Shown one piece after another: positions 1-10,608 of a stretch of DNA of 44,000 bases. Source of the DNA: Chiloscyllium plagiosum (taxonomy: Eukaryota); contig NC_057753.1 of NCBI RefSeq assembly GCF_004010195.1, positions 5,086,462 to 5,130,461 on the forward strand, given 5' to 3'. Below the pieces are notes generated by a model. That model searched no databases, was not told the DNA's origin, and was given only the letters and a program-made list of their open reading frames with translations. How positions within the stretch are numbered: position 1 is the stretch's first letter; each line of letters starts with the position of its first letter. A program made the translations under genes and the position numbers.

Positions 1-75
1 TCTATGCCCTCTAGTTCTGGACTCCCCGACCCCAGGGAAAAGACTTGTCTATTTATCCTATCCATGCCTTTCCAT
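1..75 (-). mobile_element. CR1/HER1-type LINE fragment
   Basis: Matches the minus-strand CR1 segment at 561-640 (ctatgcccctctagttctgg...agacttgtctattta). Confidence 0.8.
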
Positions 76-91
76 GCCATCCTATCTTTAC

Positions 92-452
92 TTACAAGAT
101 AATACATGGTTTGGAGAGGGTGGACGCTAGGAAATTGTTTCTGTTAGGCGAGGAGACTAGGACCCGTGGACAAGCCTTAGAATTAGAGTGGGTAAATTCA
201 GAACAGAAATGCGGAGACATTTCTTTAGCCAGAGAGTGGTGGGCCTGTGGAATTCATTGCCGCAGAGTGCAGTGGAGGCTGGGACGCTAAATGTCTTCAA
301 GGCAGAAATTGATAAATTCTTGATGTCACAAGGAATTAAGGGCTACGGGGAGAATGCGGGTAAGTGGAGTTGAAATGCCCATCAGCCATGATTGAATGGT
401 GGAGTGGACTCGATTGGCCAAATGGCCTTACTTCCGCTCCTATGTCTTATGG
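92..452 (+). mobile_element. CR1 LINE 3' end
   Basis: Translation FFSQRVVGLWNSLP...FKAEIDKFL is the CR1 ORF2 C-terminus, followed by a 3'UTR tail. Confidence 0.85.
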
Positions 453-787
453 TCAGCCTCCACCATTTCCTCTGGCAGCTCATTCCATACACGAACCACC
501 CTCTGTGTGAAAACGTTGCCCCTGAGGTCCCTTTTAAATCTTTCCCCACTCACCCTAAACCTATGCCCCTCTAGTTCTGGTTCCCCCACTCCAGGGAAAA
601 GATCTTGTCTATTTACCCTTTCCATGCTCATGATTTTATAAACCTCTATACGGTCACCGCTCAGCCTCCGCCGCTCCAGGAAAAACAGCCCCAGCCTATT
701 CAGCCTCTCTGCGTAGTTCAGATCCTCCAACCCTGGTAACATCCTTGTAAATCTTTTCTGAATCCTTTCAAGTTACACGATACTTGA

Positions 788-1075
788 GGGCAGCATGGTG
801 GCTCAGTGGTTAGCACTGCTGCCTCACAGCACCAGGGATGCGGGTTCGATTCCAACCTTGAATGACTGCCTTTGTGGAGTTTGGACATTCTCTCAGTGTC
901 TGCATCGGTTTCCTCCTACAGTCCAAAGATGTGAAGGCCAGGTGAATTGGCCATTCTAAATTGCCCATAGTGTTAGGTGCATTAGTCAGAGGGAAATGGG
1001 TCTGGGTGGGTTACTCTTTGGAGGGTCGGTGTGGACTTGTTGGGCCGAAGGGCCTGTTTCCACACTGTAGGGAAT
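788..1075 (+). mobile_element. HE1-like tRNA-derived (V-type) SINE
   Basis: A box TGGCTCAGTGG, B box GGTTCGATTCC, conserved central domain, LINE-like tail ...ccacactgtagggaatc. Confidence 0.9.
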
Positions 1076-1079
1076 CGGA

Positions 1080-1347
1080 TTTAGATTTTTAGATTAGATT
1101 AGATTAGATTAGATTACAGTGTGGAAACAGGCCCTTCGGCCCAACAAGTCCACACCGACCCGCCGAAGCGAAACCCACCCATACCCCTACATTTACCCCT
1201 TACCTAACACTACAGGCAATTTAGTATGGCCAATTCAACTGACCCTGCACATCTTTGGATGGTGGGAGGAAACCGGAGCACCCGGAGGAAACCCACGCAG
1301 ACACGGGGAGAACGTGCAAACTCCATACAGTCAGTCGCCTGAGGCGG
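1080..1347 (-). mobile_element. HE1-like SINE, 5'-truncated, with (TTAGA)n tail
   Basis: Reverse complement of the same SINE body; TTAGA microsatellite at 1080-1115. Confidence 0.9.
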
Positions 1348-1510
1348 ATCTAATATCCTTCCAATAGGAAGGCGACCAGAATTATACACAATGTTCCAAA
1401 AATGGCCTAACCAATGTCCTGTGCAGCCACAACATGACCCGCCAGTCCCCCAACCAACAGGAGTTAATGGGAGGCTGGCCTGAGTAACAAAAGGTTACCC
1501 TTTGGAACAA

Positions 1511-1625
1511 GAGACACAAAACAAACTGCAGATGCTGGAACCCAAAGTGGATAAGCTGTAGGCTGGTAAAACAGCAAGCCAGGTAGCATCTCCATCGGAG
1601 GTGGAGAGGTCAACATTTGGTCAAA
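1511..1625 (-). mobile_element. Short Penelope-derived non-autonomous element, degenerate
   Basis: aactgcagatgctgga...gaggtggagaggtcaacattt, the same family as 10500-10608 and 22052-22143. Confidence 0.6.
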
Positions 1626-3123
1626 TTCCAAAACGCTTCACACCCATCCTCGTAAACCTTTTCTGAACTGCCTCCAAAGAAATAATATCTTTCCTGAACC
1701 AAGGGCACCATCAGCTGCTCCACAAGTGTTCTCACCCGCACCTTCCCTACTCATATCCTGGCGGAAGACTTGCTAGGACTGCTCAGGGGACTTTAAGATA
1801 GTCAGCGGGAGGGGAGGATGAGGACCAGTGGGACCCAAAAAGACAGCGAGAAAAGAGATAAAACTGGGGCTGGTATAGTTGAAGAGAGGACCAAGTCAAA
1901 CAGTGAAGGGAGGCAAGAGTTAGGCTGAGAATGAGGTAATACCGATAAATTGTACTGCAATAATTTCAATGCAAGAGACCTAACTGGTAAGGCAAATGAT
2001 ATATGGGACTGGAATATCATAGCTATGACAGAAACATGGTTCAGGGATGGACAGGACATTTATACTCCAGGGTATAAATGCTATAGGAAGGATATAATGG
2101 ATAGCGGGTAAGAGAGGAGGGGGAGTGGTGTTTTTGGTTAGGGACAATGTCTGTACTTTGGGAGGATATTTCTTGGAGTATGTTCACTGAAGGTTATCTG
2201 CATCAGAAATAAGAAAGGGGTGATCACTTGATTGGGATTGTACTGTAGTGCCCTCTACCACCACCCCCTCCCCCCACCCAACCTCAGTAGTCAGCAGGAA
2301 ATTGAGAAGTAAGCAGATCTCAGATATCTATAAGAATAATAGGGTAGCAATGATAGAGAGTTTTAATTTTCCAAACAATGGGACTGCCGTAGTGTTGAGG
2401 GCTTGGATGGAGACGAATTTGTTCAGTATGAACAGGAAAGTTTACTGATTAAGTATGTAGATGTACCTACTAGAGAAGGTGCAAAACTTGAGCTACTCTT
2501 GGGAAATAACGCAGGGCAGGTGAGTCAGGTGTCAGCAGGGGTGCACTTTGGAACCAATGATCACGATCCTATTTGTTTTAAAATTAATTTTATTTGGAAA
2601 AGATAGACCAGGTCTAAAAGTTAACATTTCCAAATTGGAGTAGAGCGAATTTTGACGGCATTAGGTAAGAACTTTCAAAAGCTGATTGGGAGAGGCTAGT
2701 CGCAGGTAAGGGGATGGTTGAGAAGTGGGATGCCTTCAAAAATACGTTAACGAGAGTCCAGAGGCAGTATGTTCCTATGAGTGTGAAAGGCACAGTTGGT
2801 AGGTGCAGGGAATGCTGGATGACTAGGCTCTGGTGAAGAAAAAGGAGGCATAAGGCAGATATAGAAGCTGGGATTGAGCGAGTCCCTCAAGAAGTATAAG
2901 GGCAATTGAAATATGCTCAAGGGGGAAATAAGGAGCTAAAAAGGGGACATGAGATACCTTTGGCAAATAGGCCTTAACGAGAATCCAAAGGGATCTTACA
3001 AATATATTAAGGAGTAACAAGAGAAAGAATAGGGCTCCTTAAAGATCAGAAAGGGCTGCGTGGAACATGTGGAACTGTAGGAGATGGTGGAGATACTCAA
3101 TGAATATCTTGCCTTAGTATTCA

Positions 3124-3460
3124 CAGAATCCCTGCAGTGTGAAAACAGGCCATTTGGCCCAACAAGTCCACACTGACCCTGCGGAGAGTATCCCACCCAG
3201 ACCCATTCTCCTACCCTATTACTGTACATTTACCCTGACTAATGCACCTAACCTACACATTCCTATACACTACAGGCAATTTAGCACAGCGATTCCACCC
3301 TAACCTAAATTCCTTTGGATTGTGGGAGGAAACTGGAGCACCCGGAGGAAACCCACACAGACGCAGGGAGAATGTGCAAACTCCACAGTCGCCCAAGGCT
3401 GGATAGACCCTGCGTCCCTGGCATTGTGAGGCAGCAGTGCTAACCACTGAGCCACTGTGC
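3124..3460 (-). mobile_element. HE1-like SINE nested in CR1
   Basis: Ends ...gcagcagtgctaaccactgagccac, the reverse complement of the tRNA head. Confidence 0.9.
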
Positions 3461-4300
3461 TGTGTTTACTGTGGAGAAGGATTTGAAAGCCAGAGAATTT
3501 GGAGAAATAAACAGTGATATCCACATTACAATGGAGGTGGTACTGGACATCTTAAATTCTTGGGATCTGATCAGGTATATCCTAGAACATTGTAGGTAGC
3601 TAAGGAAGTCATTGCTGGACTACTTGCTACGCGTGAGATGTCAGAAGACTGGAAGGTGCCTAATGTGGTGCCAATATTTAAGAAAGGTGGTAAGGAAAAA
3701 CCAGGGAATTATGGACCTGTGAGCCTGGCATCAGTACTGAGTAAGTTGTTGAAGGGAATCCTTAGGGGCAGGATGTGCATGTATTTGGAAAGGCAAAGAC
3801 TGACAGGGATAGTCAACATAGCTTTGTGTGTTGAAATTGTGTCTCACAAACTTGATTGAGTTTTTGAAGAAGTGACAAAGATGATTGATGAAGGCATAGC
3901 AGGGGACATTTGTCTATATGGACTTCAGCAAGGCACTCAACAAGGTTCCATTTGGTAGACTGGTTAGCAAGGTTAGATCACATAGAATCCAGGGAACGCT
4001 AGCTATTGGGATACAAAATTGGCTGGAAGATAGGAGGTGGAGGGTTGTTTTTCAGACTGGAGGCCTCTGACCAGTGGTGTGCCGCAAGGATTGGTGCTGG
4101 GTCCACTGTTTTTTGTCATTTATACAAATGATTTGGAAGTGAATATTGGAGGAATGTTTAGTAAATTTGCAGATTACACCAAACTTTGGTGGTGTAGTAG
4201 ACACTGAAGAAGGTTGTCTCAGAATACTCAGATTGGCCAATGAGTGGCAGATGGAGTTTAATTTAGACAAATGTGTGCTTTTGCATTTCAGTGAGGGGGA

Positions 4301-4618
4301 GGGCAGCACGGTGGCTCAGGGATTAGCACTGCTGCCTCACAGCACCAGGGTCCCAGGTTAGATTCCAGCCTCAGGCGACTGTCTGTGTGGAGTTGCAAAT
4401 TCTCCCCGTGTCTGCATGGGTTTCCTCCGGGTGCTCCGGTTTCCTCCTGCAGTCCAAAGATGTGCAGGTCAGGGTGGACTGGCCATGCAAAATTGCCCAT
4501 AGGTACATTAGTCAGAGGGGAAATGGGTCTGGGTGGGTTACTCTTCGGAGAGTCAATGTGGACTTGTTGAGCCAAAGGGCCTGTTTCCACACTGTAGGGA
4601 ATCTAATCCAATCAAATC
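4301..4618 (+). mobile_element. HE1-like SINE nested in CR1
   Basis: gggcagcacggtggctcagggattagc head, body, and tctaatccaatcaaatc tail. Confidence 0.9.
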
Positions 4619-5349
4619 AGGGCAGGGGTTATGCACTTAATGGTAGGGTCCTGGGAGTGTTGCTGAACAGAGAGACTTTGGGGTGCAGGTGCCTAATTCC
4701 TTGAAAGTGGAGTCACAAGTAGATAGGATAGTGAAGGTGGCATTTGGTATGCTTTCCTATGTTGGTAAGTGCATTGTACAGGAATTGGGATGTCATGTTG
4801 TGGCTGTACAGAACACTGATCAGGCCACTTTTGGAATAATCAGGAGGAACATGGATAAGACAAACAGACAAAGTCTTTTCCCTGGAGTGGCGGAGTCCAG
4901 AACTAGAGGGCATAGGTTTAGGGTGAGAGGGGAAAGATTGAAAAGGGACCTAAGGGGCAACTTTTTCACGCAGAGGGTGGTACGGGTATGGAATGAGCTG
5001 CCAGAGGAAGTGGTGGAGGTTGGTACAATTATAGTATTTAAAAGGCATCTGGATGAGTATATGAATAGGAAGGGTTTGGAGGGATATGGACCGGGTACTG
5101 GTAGGTGGGACTAGATTAGATTGCGATACCTGGTCAGCATGGATGAGTTGGACCGAAGGGTCTGTTTCTGTGCTCTACATCTCTATGACTGTTGTCCAAT
5201 ACATCCCAAATTAGCAAGTTGCTACTCCCATGGCCTCAGGCATTTGTGAACATGGTTCACCTTCATAATTTTGAACATGCCTCCTGAATATCACGTGCTG
5301 CATCACTTTTCTTTTCTGCTAATCCCATTTAGAGGTCTAAAACCACACT

Positions 5350-5437
5350 CGTTCTGAAGAAGGGTCACTGGAATTGAACTGTTAACTGCTTTCTCTCCAG
5401 ATGCTGCCAGACCTGCAGGGTTTCTCCAACAATTTCG
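5350..5437 (+). mobile_element. Short hammerhead-type Penelope-derived element, degenerate
   Basis: CTGAAGAagggtc...gttaac...cagatgctgccagacctgc; the GAAA box is damaged. Confidence 0.55.
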
Positions 5438-6402
5438 ATAGCTGATGTCTTGAATAAACTGGTTTCCAACACAATAACTCTGCTGTTATTTAACAGTCTG
5501 TGTGACATAATTGCAGCAGGACTGGGGGACATCATAATACCCCATTGTTTCTCAATAATCGCCCTCCATAGCAACAGGAAACAGGAATACACATGAGGCC
5601 ATTCCAGAGGCTGGTCCTCCTGTTGAGGAATTGCTGTTCAGTGACAGACAGTAGCCTTCTCACAGCACTGGCAGAGGCTCTGGTGATAATTTTCCCATCC
5701 TCCTTACATAGGAGCGAGGCTAAAGGACTCTCAAAGATTGTAAATGTGACAGCCCTATTCAAAATCACAGCAAATGACTCTGACAGTCGGCTTCACATCG
5801 GGGGTGGGGAACACCTGAAGTTAGAAATAAACCACAGTGTCAATGGGCACTCGGTAAAGTATGGATTATTTCTTCCAGCCTTGTCTCTGTTTAACCCCAA
5901 AGTCATCTTTGGAATGCGAAGATACTGACAGGATCTCTGGAAGAGCTGAGATTTCACTATGAGAGCAACCCAAAGGTAAGAGAACTGAGATAATCTAGAG
6001 TTAGAAAAATGATCCGAAAATTGAGTCGTCAAAGCGACAAATTAGTTTGCTGTGATCCTAAAGCAATCGAGAGCTTGACAGATTGCGAGTTTGAAATAAC
6101 CTGATTTATTTAACAATGCTAAGATATGAGCTCACTTATGAACACTGGTGGAAATAGACCCCAGCTGATAGAATGGCTAAGTTCTGGATGCAACATACAT
6201 TCGCAGTAACAGCAGAATCAAAAATATGCGGAGGATCAGGGTTTACCCTGTTACTGCTGCTTAGACAGTTCAGGAGAAGGTGACAGAGACGGAGAAATAG
6301 AACCAGAACCTTCAGGAGGTAATTAGACCAGATGCATGCTGCTGAGATTCAACACAGCCAAGTCCACGTCAGTGTTAATGCTCCAAATAAGCCTATTCCC
6401 AT

Positions 6403-6497
6403 GTTCTGAGCAAGTCACTTGACCTGAAACAGTAACTCTGATCTCAGTCCACAGATGGTGTCAGACTTGCTGAGCTTCTCCAGCAATTTGTTTTTGC
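6403..6497 (+). mobile_element. Short hammerhead-type Penelope-derived element, degenerate
   Basis: gttctga..agtcacttgacctGAAAcagtaactctg...cagatggtgtcagacttgctgagcttctccagcaa. Confidence 0.5.
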
Positions 6498-7185
6498 TCC
6501 TCCCATCTTACCTCATCAAGATCTACCACCGTAACCCTCTCCCTCCTTTGCCCTCCTGCTTGTCTAGGTTCCTGTAAACACATGCATATTGTTCACTTTA
6601 AACACGCTCTGTAGAGAATGTTCCACATTCTCACCACACTTTGGGTAAAAGAAGCTGTATTTTGTTCCTGAATTCTCTATTGGATGTGTTGGCAATTATC
6701 GATGCTCCTTCTCATAATGTGAAATATTCTCTCTGTATCCATTCAATCAAAACCTTTCATAACATTAAGGCAGAAACTGGAACTGAGAGGCAACTGTGCA
6801 TGCACACTCACAGTGTGTAGGGAATAACGCATGTGGTCAAAGTGTGCAGGGAATAATGCACATGCTCCTGGGTGTCAGCAAATGCAGCCTAATTTTTAAG
6901 GCCTGTTTCAGCTCACCCTCTCAGCCTTCTTTTCTTGTGAGTACAGACCCGGCCTGTACATTTCTGGTATCATTTTCTGCTCCCTCTCCACTGCCTGAAT
7001 ATCTTTAGTAAAACATATCCACTGAAACTGCACAGAGTAGGCAGTAATGTTTTCAATCCTCAGACTATCCAAATAAATTGTCATGAGGTGATCTTAAAAG
7101 GTTGTTCATTCAGTAACAACATTTCAAAAGATGCATGAGATAGAGAGACAGGAAAACAGGTGAGAATGGTTTACTGATCCAAGAG

Positions 7186-7482
7186 ACATGGTGGCTCATT
7201 GGGGCCCAGGTTCGATTCCAGCCTCAGACAGACTGAATGTGTGAAGTCTCCGCATCCTCCACATGTCTGTGTGGGCTTCCTCCGGGTGTTCCGGTTTCCT
7301 CACACAATCCAAAGATGTGTAGGCTAGGGTAACTGCTGTGCTAAATTGCCCATAATGTTCAGGGAAGTATAGGCTAGGTGAATTAGTCAGGGGTAAATGT
7401 AGACTAACAGGGCAAGGGAATGGGTCTGGGTAGGTTACTCTTCGGTGTGGACTTACTGGACCTATTTCCACATTGTAGGGAT
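7186..7482 (+). mobile_element. HE1-like SINE with a deletion in the head
   Basis: catggtggctca...ggttcgattcc, body, ccacattgtagggatt tail. Confidence 0.85.
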
Positions 7483-7532
7483 TATATGAAGTCTTCAGAC
7501 ACAGAGGAAGAGTTGGTCTCTGTAGCTGGTGG

Positions 7533-8085
7533 TGAGAATGTGTATAGGTATAAGCAGGCAGAGAAAGAGTTTAAGTTCTGAGTTTTGTGAAACAAGAGGT
7601 TCAGCTGAGCATGACTCAGATCAAGAAAGCACTTACAGTTAACAATGGGGTGCTGGATGCAAGGGTAATGGGTTAACAAGGTGGAAAAGCAGTCATTATG
7701 TACAGCCATTTAACAATATTGGAAGCATTCGGTATGCAAGGTCAGTTAACAAGGGTAAAAGTATCCAATGTATGAATCCAGTTAACAAGGTTAAGAACAT
7801 TCATTGTGTAATGGTGAAGAGCTTGGTTTCTGCTACTGATACCCGTTGATTGCAACGGTCACCCAATTAATATGTATGTTGCCTTATCTGGATGCTTGTC
7901 CCTGTAAAATGACTATGTAGTTCATTGAGAAACTGCTCTTCCAGTGAAGACCATGAACTCATGTCCCAGTGCAAATGGGCGATCATTCTCTCTCCCTCCA
8001 GGGCCCAGAATAAAGATGAAAGAGGAAAACTACACTGTATCTGAGTGTTTTGCTTCGACTGAGGGGAGGGGGCAACGGGACAACA
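7533..8085 (+). mobile_element. LTR (5' LTR of an ERV or LTR retrotransposon)
   Basis: Starts TG and ends CA; AATAAA at 8009-8014; PBS follows after 4 nt; a second copy starts at the same TGAGAATGTGTAT at 17223. Confidence 0.8.
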
Positions 8086-8089
8086 ATAT

Positions 8090-8107
8090 TGGTGTAGTCA
8101 GCAGGAT
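8090..8107 (+). promoter_or_regulatory. Primer-binding site complementary to tRNA-Ser
   Basis: TGGTGTAGTCAGCAGGAT versus the expected TGGCGTAGTCGGCAGGAT; both mismatches are CpG-type transitions. Confidence 0.8.
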
Positions 8108-8367
8108 CCAAACGGACAGTTACAATCGGACGGTGTCAGAGGCCGCCCGGAACATCAGTAGCTCGAGACGGACGGGCCCACAACTTAAGATTTTAAACCC
8201 ACATGGGTTAGGAGATCCAATCATGTCAAAGTTAGATATGTCTTGTTTCAGGACCTGTGTTAGAGACAGGTCCTGGCCATAGATTACAGGCCCATGGACG
8301 CTCTCCTCATATGAGAGAGAGACTGCGATCTCCATAATACTGCAGGTGTCTCTTCAGAGTTTATAAA

Positions 8368-8373
8368 TTTATT
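8368..8373 (-). terminator. Candidate polyadenylation signal of ZNF gene 1
   Basis: AATAAA on the minus strand about 520 bp past the stop codon. Confidence 0.4.
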
Positions 8374-8895
8374 AGGCAGCGATTTCCCAGACTGCTACAT
8401 TGATTCAATGTGTCACTATTCCAGTACCAAAAGGGATTTCTGTATGAGATGGGAGGAAAACATTTACAGACTCCCAATTTCCATTCCTTCTCTTCATGCT
8501 GGATAATGGAGATGCTGCTGTGGAATGTGCAAGTCAGTAAGAATCGTCAGCACAGATTCATCAGCACTTTCTAATGAGAGAGGGAACCTTTCACGCAGAA
8601 AATTGAAGGACATTAAACTGACTTTTTGTTTCAAGATTGAAGTAATGATTCAATGATACAGTGCTAAAGTAATTTCTGATGCGGGCTGACGAATTATGGG
8701 GAAAGGTCACACAGACAGCAATCCTCAAAAGGGACTCTGCAGTCTCAGAAACACAATCAGCCACAGATCGCGAATATTGAAATCTGGCCCAGTTATTAAC
8801 ATCAGCACAAAACAAACTCGTAAATGTGAAAGAATCAACGCAGTTCAGCGCTGGATGTGATTAACAGGAGCAGTAGCAGAATCCAACTTGTGTAC

Positions 8896-9978
8896 TCACT
8901 GGGGTACCACTGGGCTCGTTCGCTGAGTGAATCCTTCCCCGTGTTCAATGGGGGTGAACGGCTGCTCCTCACTGTGCATGCGCTGGTGTTCAGTTAGGCT
9001 GCCTGAATGCCGGAAACGTTTTCCACAGTGAGCGCAGATGAACGGTCTCTCCCCAGTGTGGACTCGCTGGTGCGACAGTAGGTGGGACAACTGAGTGAAT
9101 CCCTTCCCGCACTCCGAGCAACTGAACGGCCTCTCCCCTGTGTGCAGTCGCTGGTGAGAAATGAGGCTGGATAATTCGGTGAATGATTTCCCACACACAG
9201 AGCAGCTGAATGGTCTCTCCCCGGTGTGAACGCGCTGGTGTGAGGTGAGGCTGCCTGAATGCCTGAAACTCCTTCCACAGCGAGTGCAGAGGAAGGGCTT
9301 CTCATTGGTGTGAATGCGCTGGTGCGTGAGCAGGTGGGACAACTGCGTGAATCCCTTCCCACATTCGGAGCAGGTGAATGGCCTCTCCCCACCGTGAACC
9401 TGCTGGTGCCTCAGTAGGGTGGATGACTGAGTAAATCCCTTCCCACACTCGGTACAAGTGAAGAGTCTCTCCCCAGTGTGAACTCGCTGGTGTTCAATGA
9501 GTGTGGACGAATATCTGAAACTCTTTCCACAGGAAGTGCAGCTGAATGGCTTCTCTCCTGTATGAACGCGCTGGTGCCCCTGCAGGCTGGCTAACAATGC
9601 AAATCCCTTCCCACACACAGAGCAGGTGAAAGGTCTCTCCCCAGTGTGAACACGCTGGTGGACAGTGAGATTGGACAGTTTAGTGAAGCCCTTGCCACAC
9701 TCTGAGCAGGCAAACGGTCTTTCGCCAGTGTGACTGCGTCGATGTGTTTCCAGTTGGGATGGGCAATTGAAACCCTTCCCACAGTCTCCACATTTCCATG
9801 GTTTCTCCCCGGTGTGACTGCGCTGATGGATTCCCAGCTGGGATGGGTAATTGAATCCCTTCCCACAGTCTCCACATTTCCATGGTTTCTCCCCGGTGTG
9901 ACTGCGCCGGTGAACGTCCAGCTGGGAAGGATAACTAAATCCCTTCCCACAATCTTCACATTTCCATGGTTTCTCCAT
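8896..9978 (-). CDS. C2H2 zinc-finger protein, 12 tandem fingers plus a degenerate C-terminal finger (360 aa); no effector domain seen
   Basis: CxxC-x12-HxxxH units with TGE(K/R)P linkers; ATG in strong context (accATGg); in-frame TGA 13 codons upstream. Confidence 0.93.
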   Translation of the reverse strand: MEKPWKCEDCGKGFSYPSQLDVHRRSHTGEKPWKCGDCGKGFNYPSQLGIHQRSHTGEKPWKCGDCGKGFNCPSQLETHRRSHTGERPFACSECGKGFTKLSNLTVHQRVHTGERPFTCSVCGKGFALLASLQGHQRVHTGEKPFSCTSCGKSFRYSSTLIEHQRVHTGERLFTCTECGKGFTQSSTLLRHQQVHGGERPFTCSECGKGFTQLSHLLTHQRIHTNEKPFLCTRCGRSFRHSGSLTSHQRVHTGERPFSCSVCGKSFTELSSLISHQRLHTGERPFSCSECGKGFTQLSHLLSHQRVHTGERPFICAHCGKRFRHSGSLTEHQRMHSEEQPFTPIEHGEGFTQRTSPVVPQ

Positions 9979-10499
9979 GGTGCCAGCACCCTGGCGACTT
10001 TCCAGGTAGGATGATCAGTTGAGTCCTCATCCACACAGAACACGTACAGTTTTTCCTGCTGCGATCAGTTAGGTTTTTTTTCAGGCAGGTTAAAACATTT
10101 TGTCGCAACAGTCTCTTTCAGGTGTCCGTGTCAGTGTCCACCTCAGCGCTTTTCCAGTCACGGTGATGCTCAGAATATTTTCCCACAAACATCTCTCTTT
10201 CAACATTCAGAAGTGGATGACATTGAGGCTCTGATGACCTTGAAGTGGCGCTTGGTTTGCATTTCCCATCTGGAAATGCTCCCCTTCTAATTCCAATACA
10301 AGGAGTCTACAAAGGTCATTACTGCAGGTAGAGGGTGGAAATTCAGCTCGGACAACTCGACTTTCTGTTTCCCTCTGTTGTTCACCTGAAGCTGCAAGTC
10401 TCTTAGCAACAGAAGTTCCCTCGTCCTTCCAGGGACATCTCAACCCCATGCCACCGTCTATTTCAGTATTCGAGTCTCACACTTGAGTCTGGTCGGCTT

Positions 10500-10608
10500 C
10501 CCGTAAACGTTGACTTCCCCAGCTCCTGATGCTGCCTGGCTTGCAGTGCTCTCCCGGCCTCCTGCTTGTCTACCTTGGATTCCAGCATCTGCAGTTTCTT
10601 TTTGTCTC
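10500..10608 (+). mobile_element. Short Penelope-derived non-autonomous element
   Basis: aaacgttgacttc...tgatgctgcctggc...ttccagcatctgcagtt. Confidence 0.65.

Larger units (their letters stand above)
453..1440 (-). mobile_element. CR1/HER1 LINE fragment interrupted by two SINEs (788-1347)
   Basis: ORF 440-742: ERLNRLGLF..RRLSGDRIEVYKIM..FTQRVVRVWNELP; the LINE resumes at about 1348. Confidence 0.85.
1765..5190 (+). mobile_element. Long decayed CR1/HER1 LINE (endonuclease, RT and 3' end) with nested SINEs and an internal deletion near 4840
   Basis: PTREGAKLELLL and DHD endonuclease motifs; DWKVPNVVPIFKKGGKEKPGNYGPVSL; WQMEFNLDKC; FTQRVVRVWNELP; many stops and frameshifts. Confidence 0.9.

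Noticed and set aside
788..860. tRNA-like sequences with A and B boxes (many copies)
   Set aside because: They are SINE heads continuing into SINE bodies, with no intact cloverleaf
1080..1115. (TTAGA)n arrays resembling telomeric or CRISPR repeats
   Set aside because: They are SINE 3' tails, not TTAGGG, and have no spacers
5593..5928. 111-aa plus-strand ORF and a strong minus-strand acceptor near 5817
   Set aside because: No recognisable domain, and all minus-strand frames stop soon after the acceptor
7944..8282. 112-aa ORF
   Set aside because: It spans LTR, PBS and leader with no gag motif, so it is likely a chance ORF
8990..10043. Overlapping alternative-frame ORFs on ZNF1 (also 27035-27679 on ZNF2)
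   Set aside because: Shadow frames are a typical by-product of repetitive zinc-finger codons
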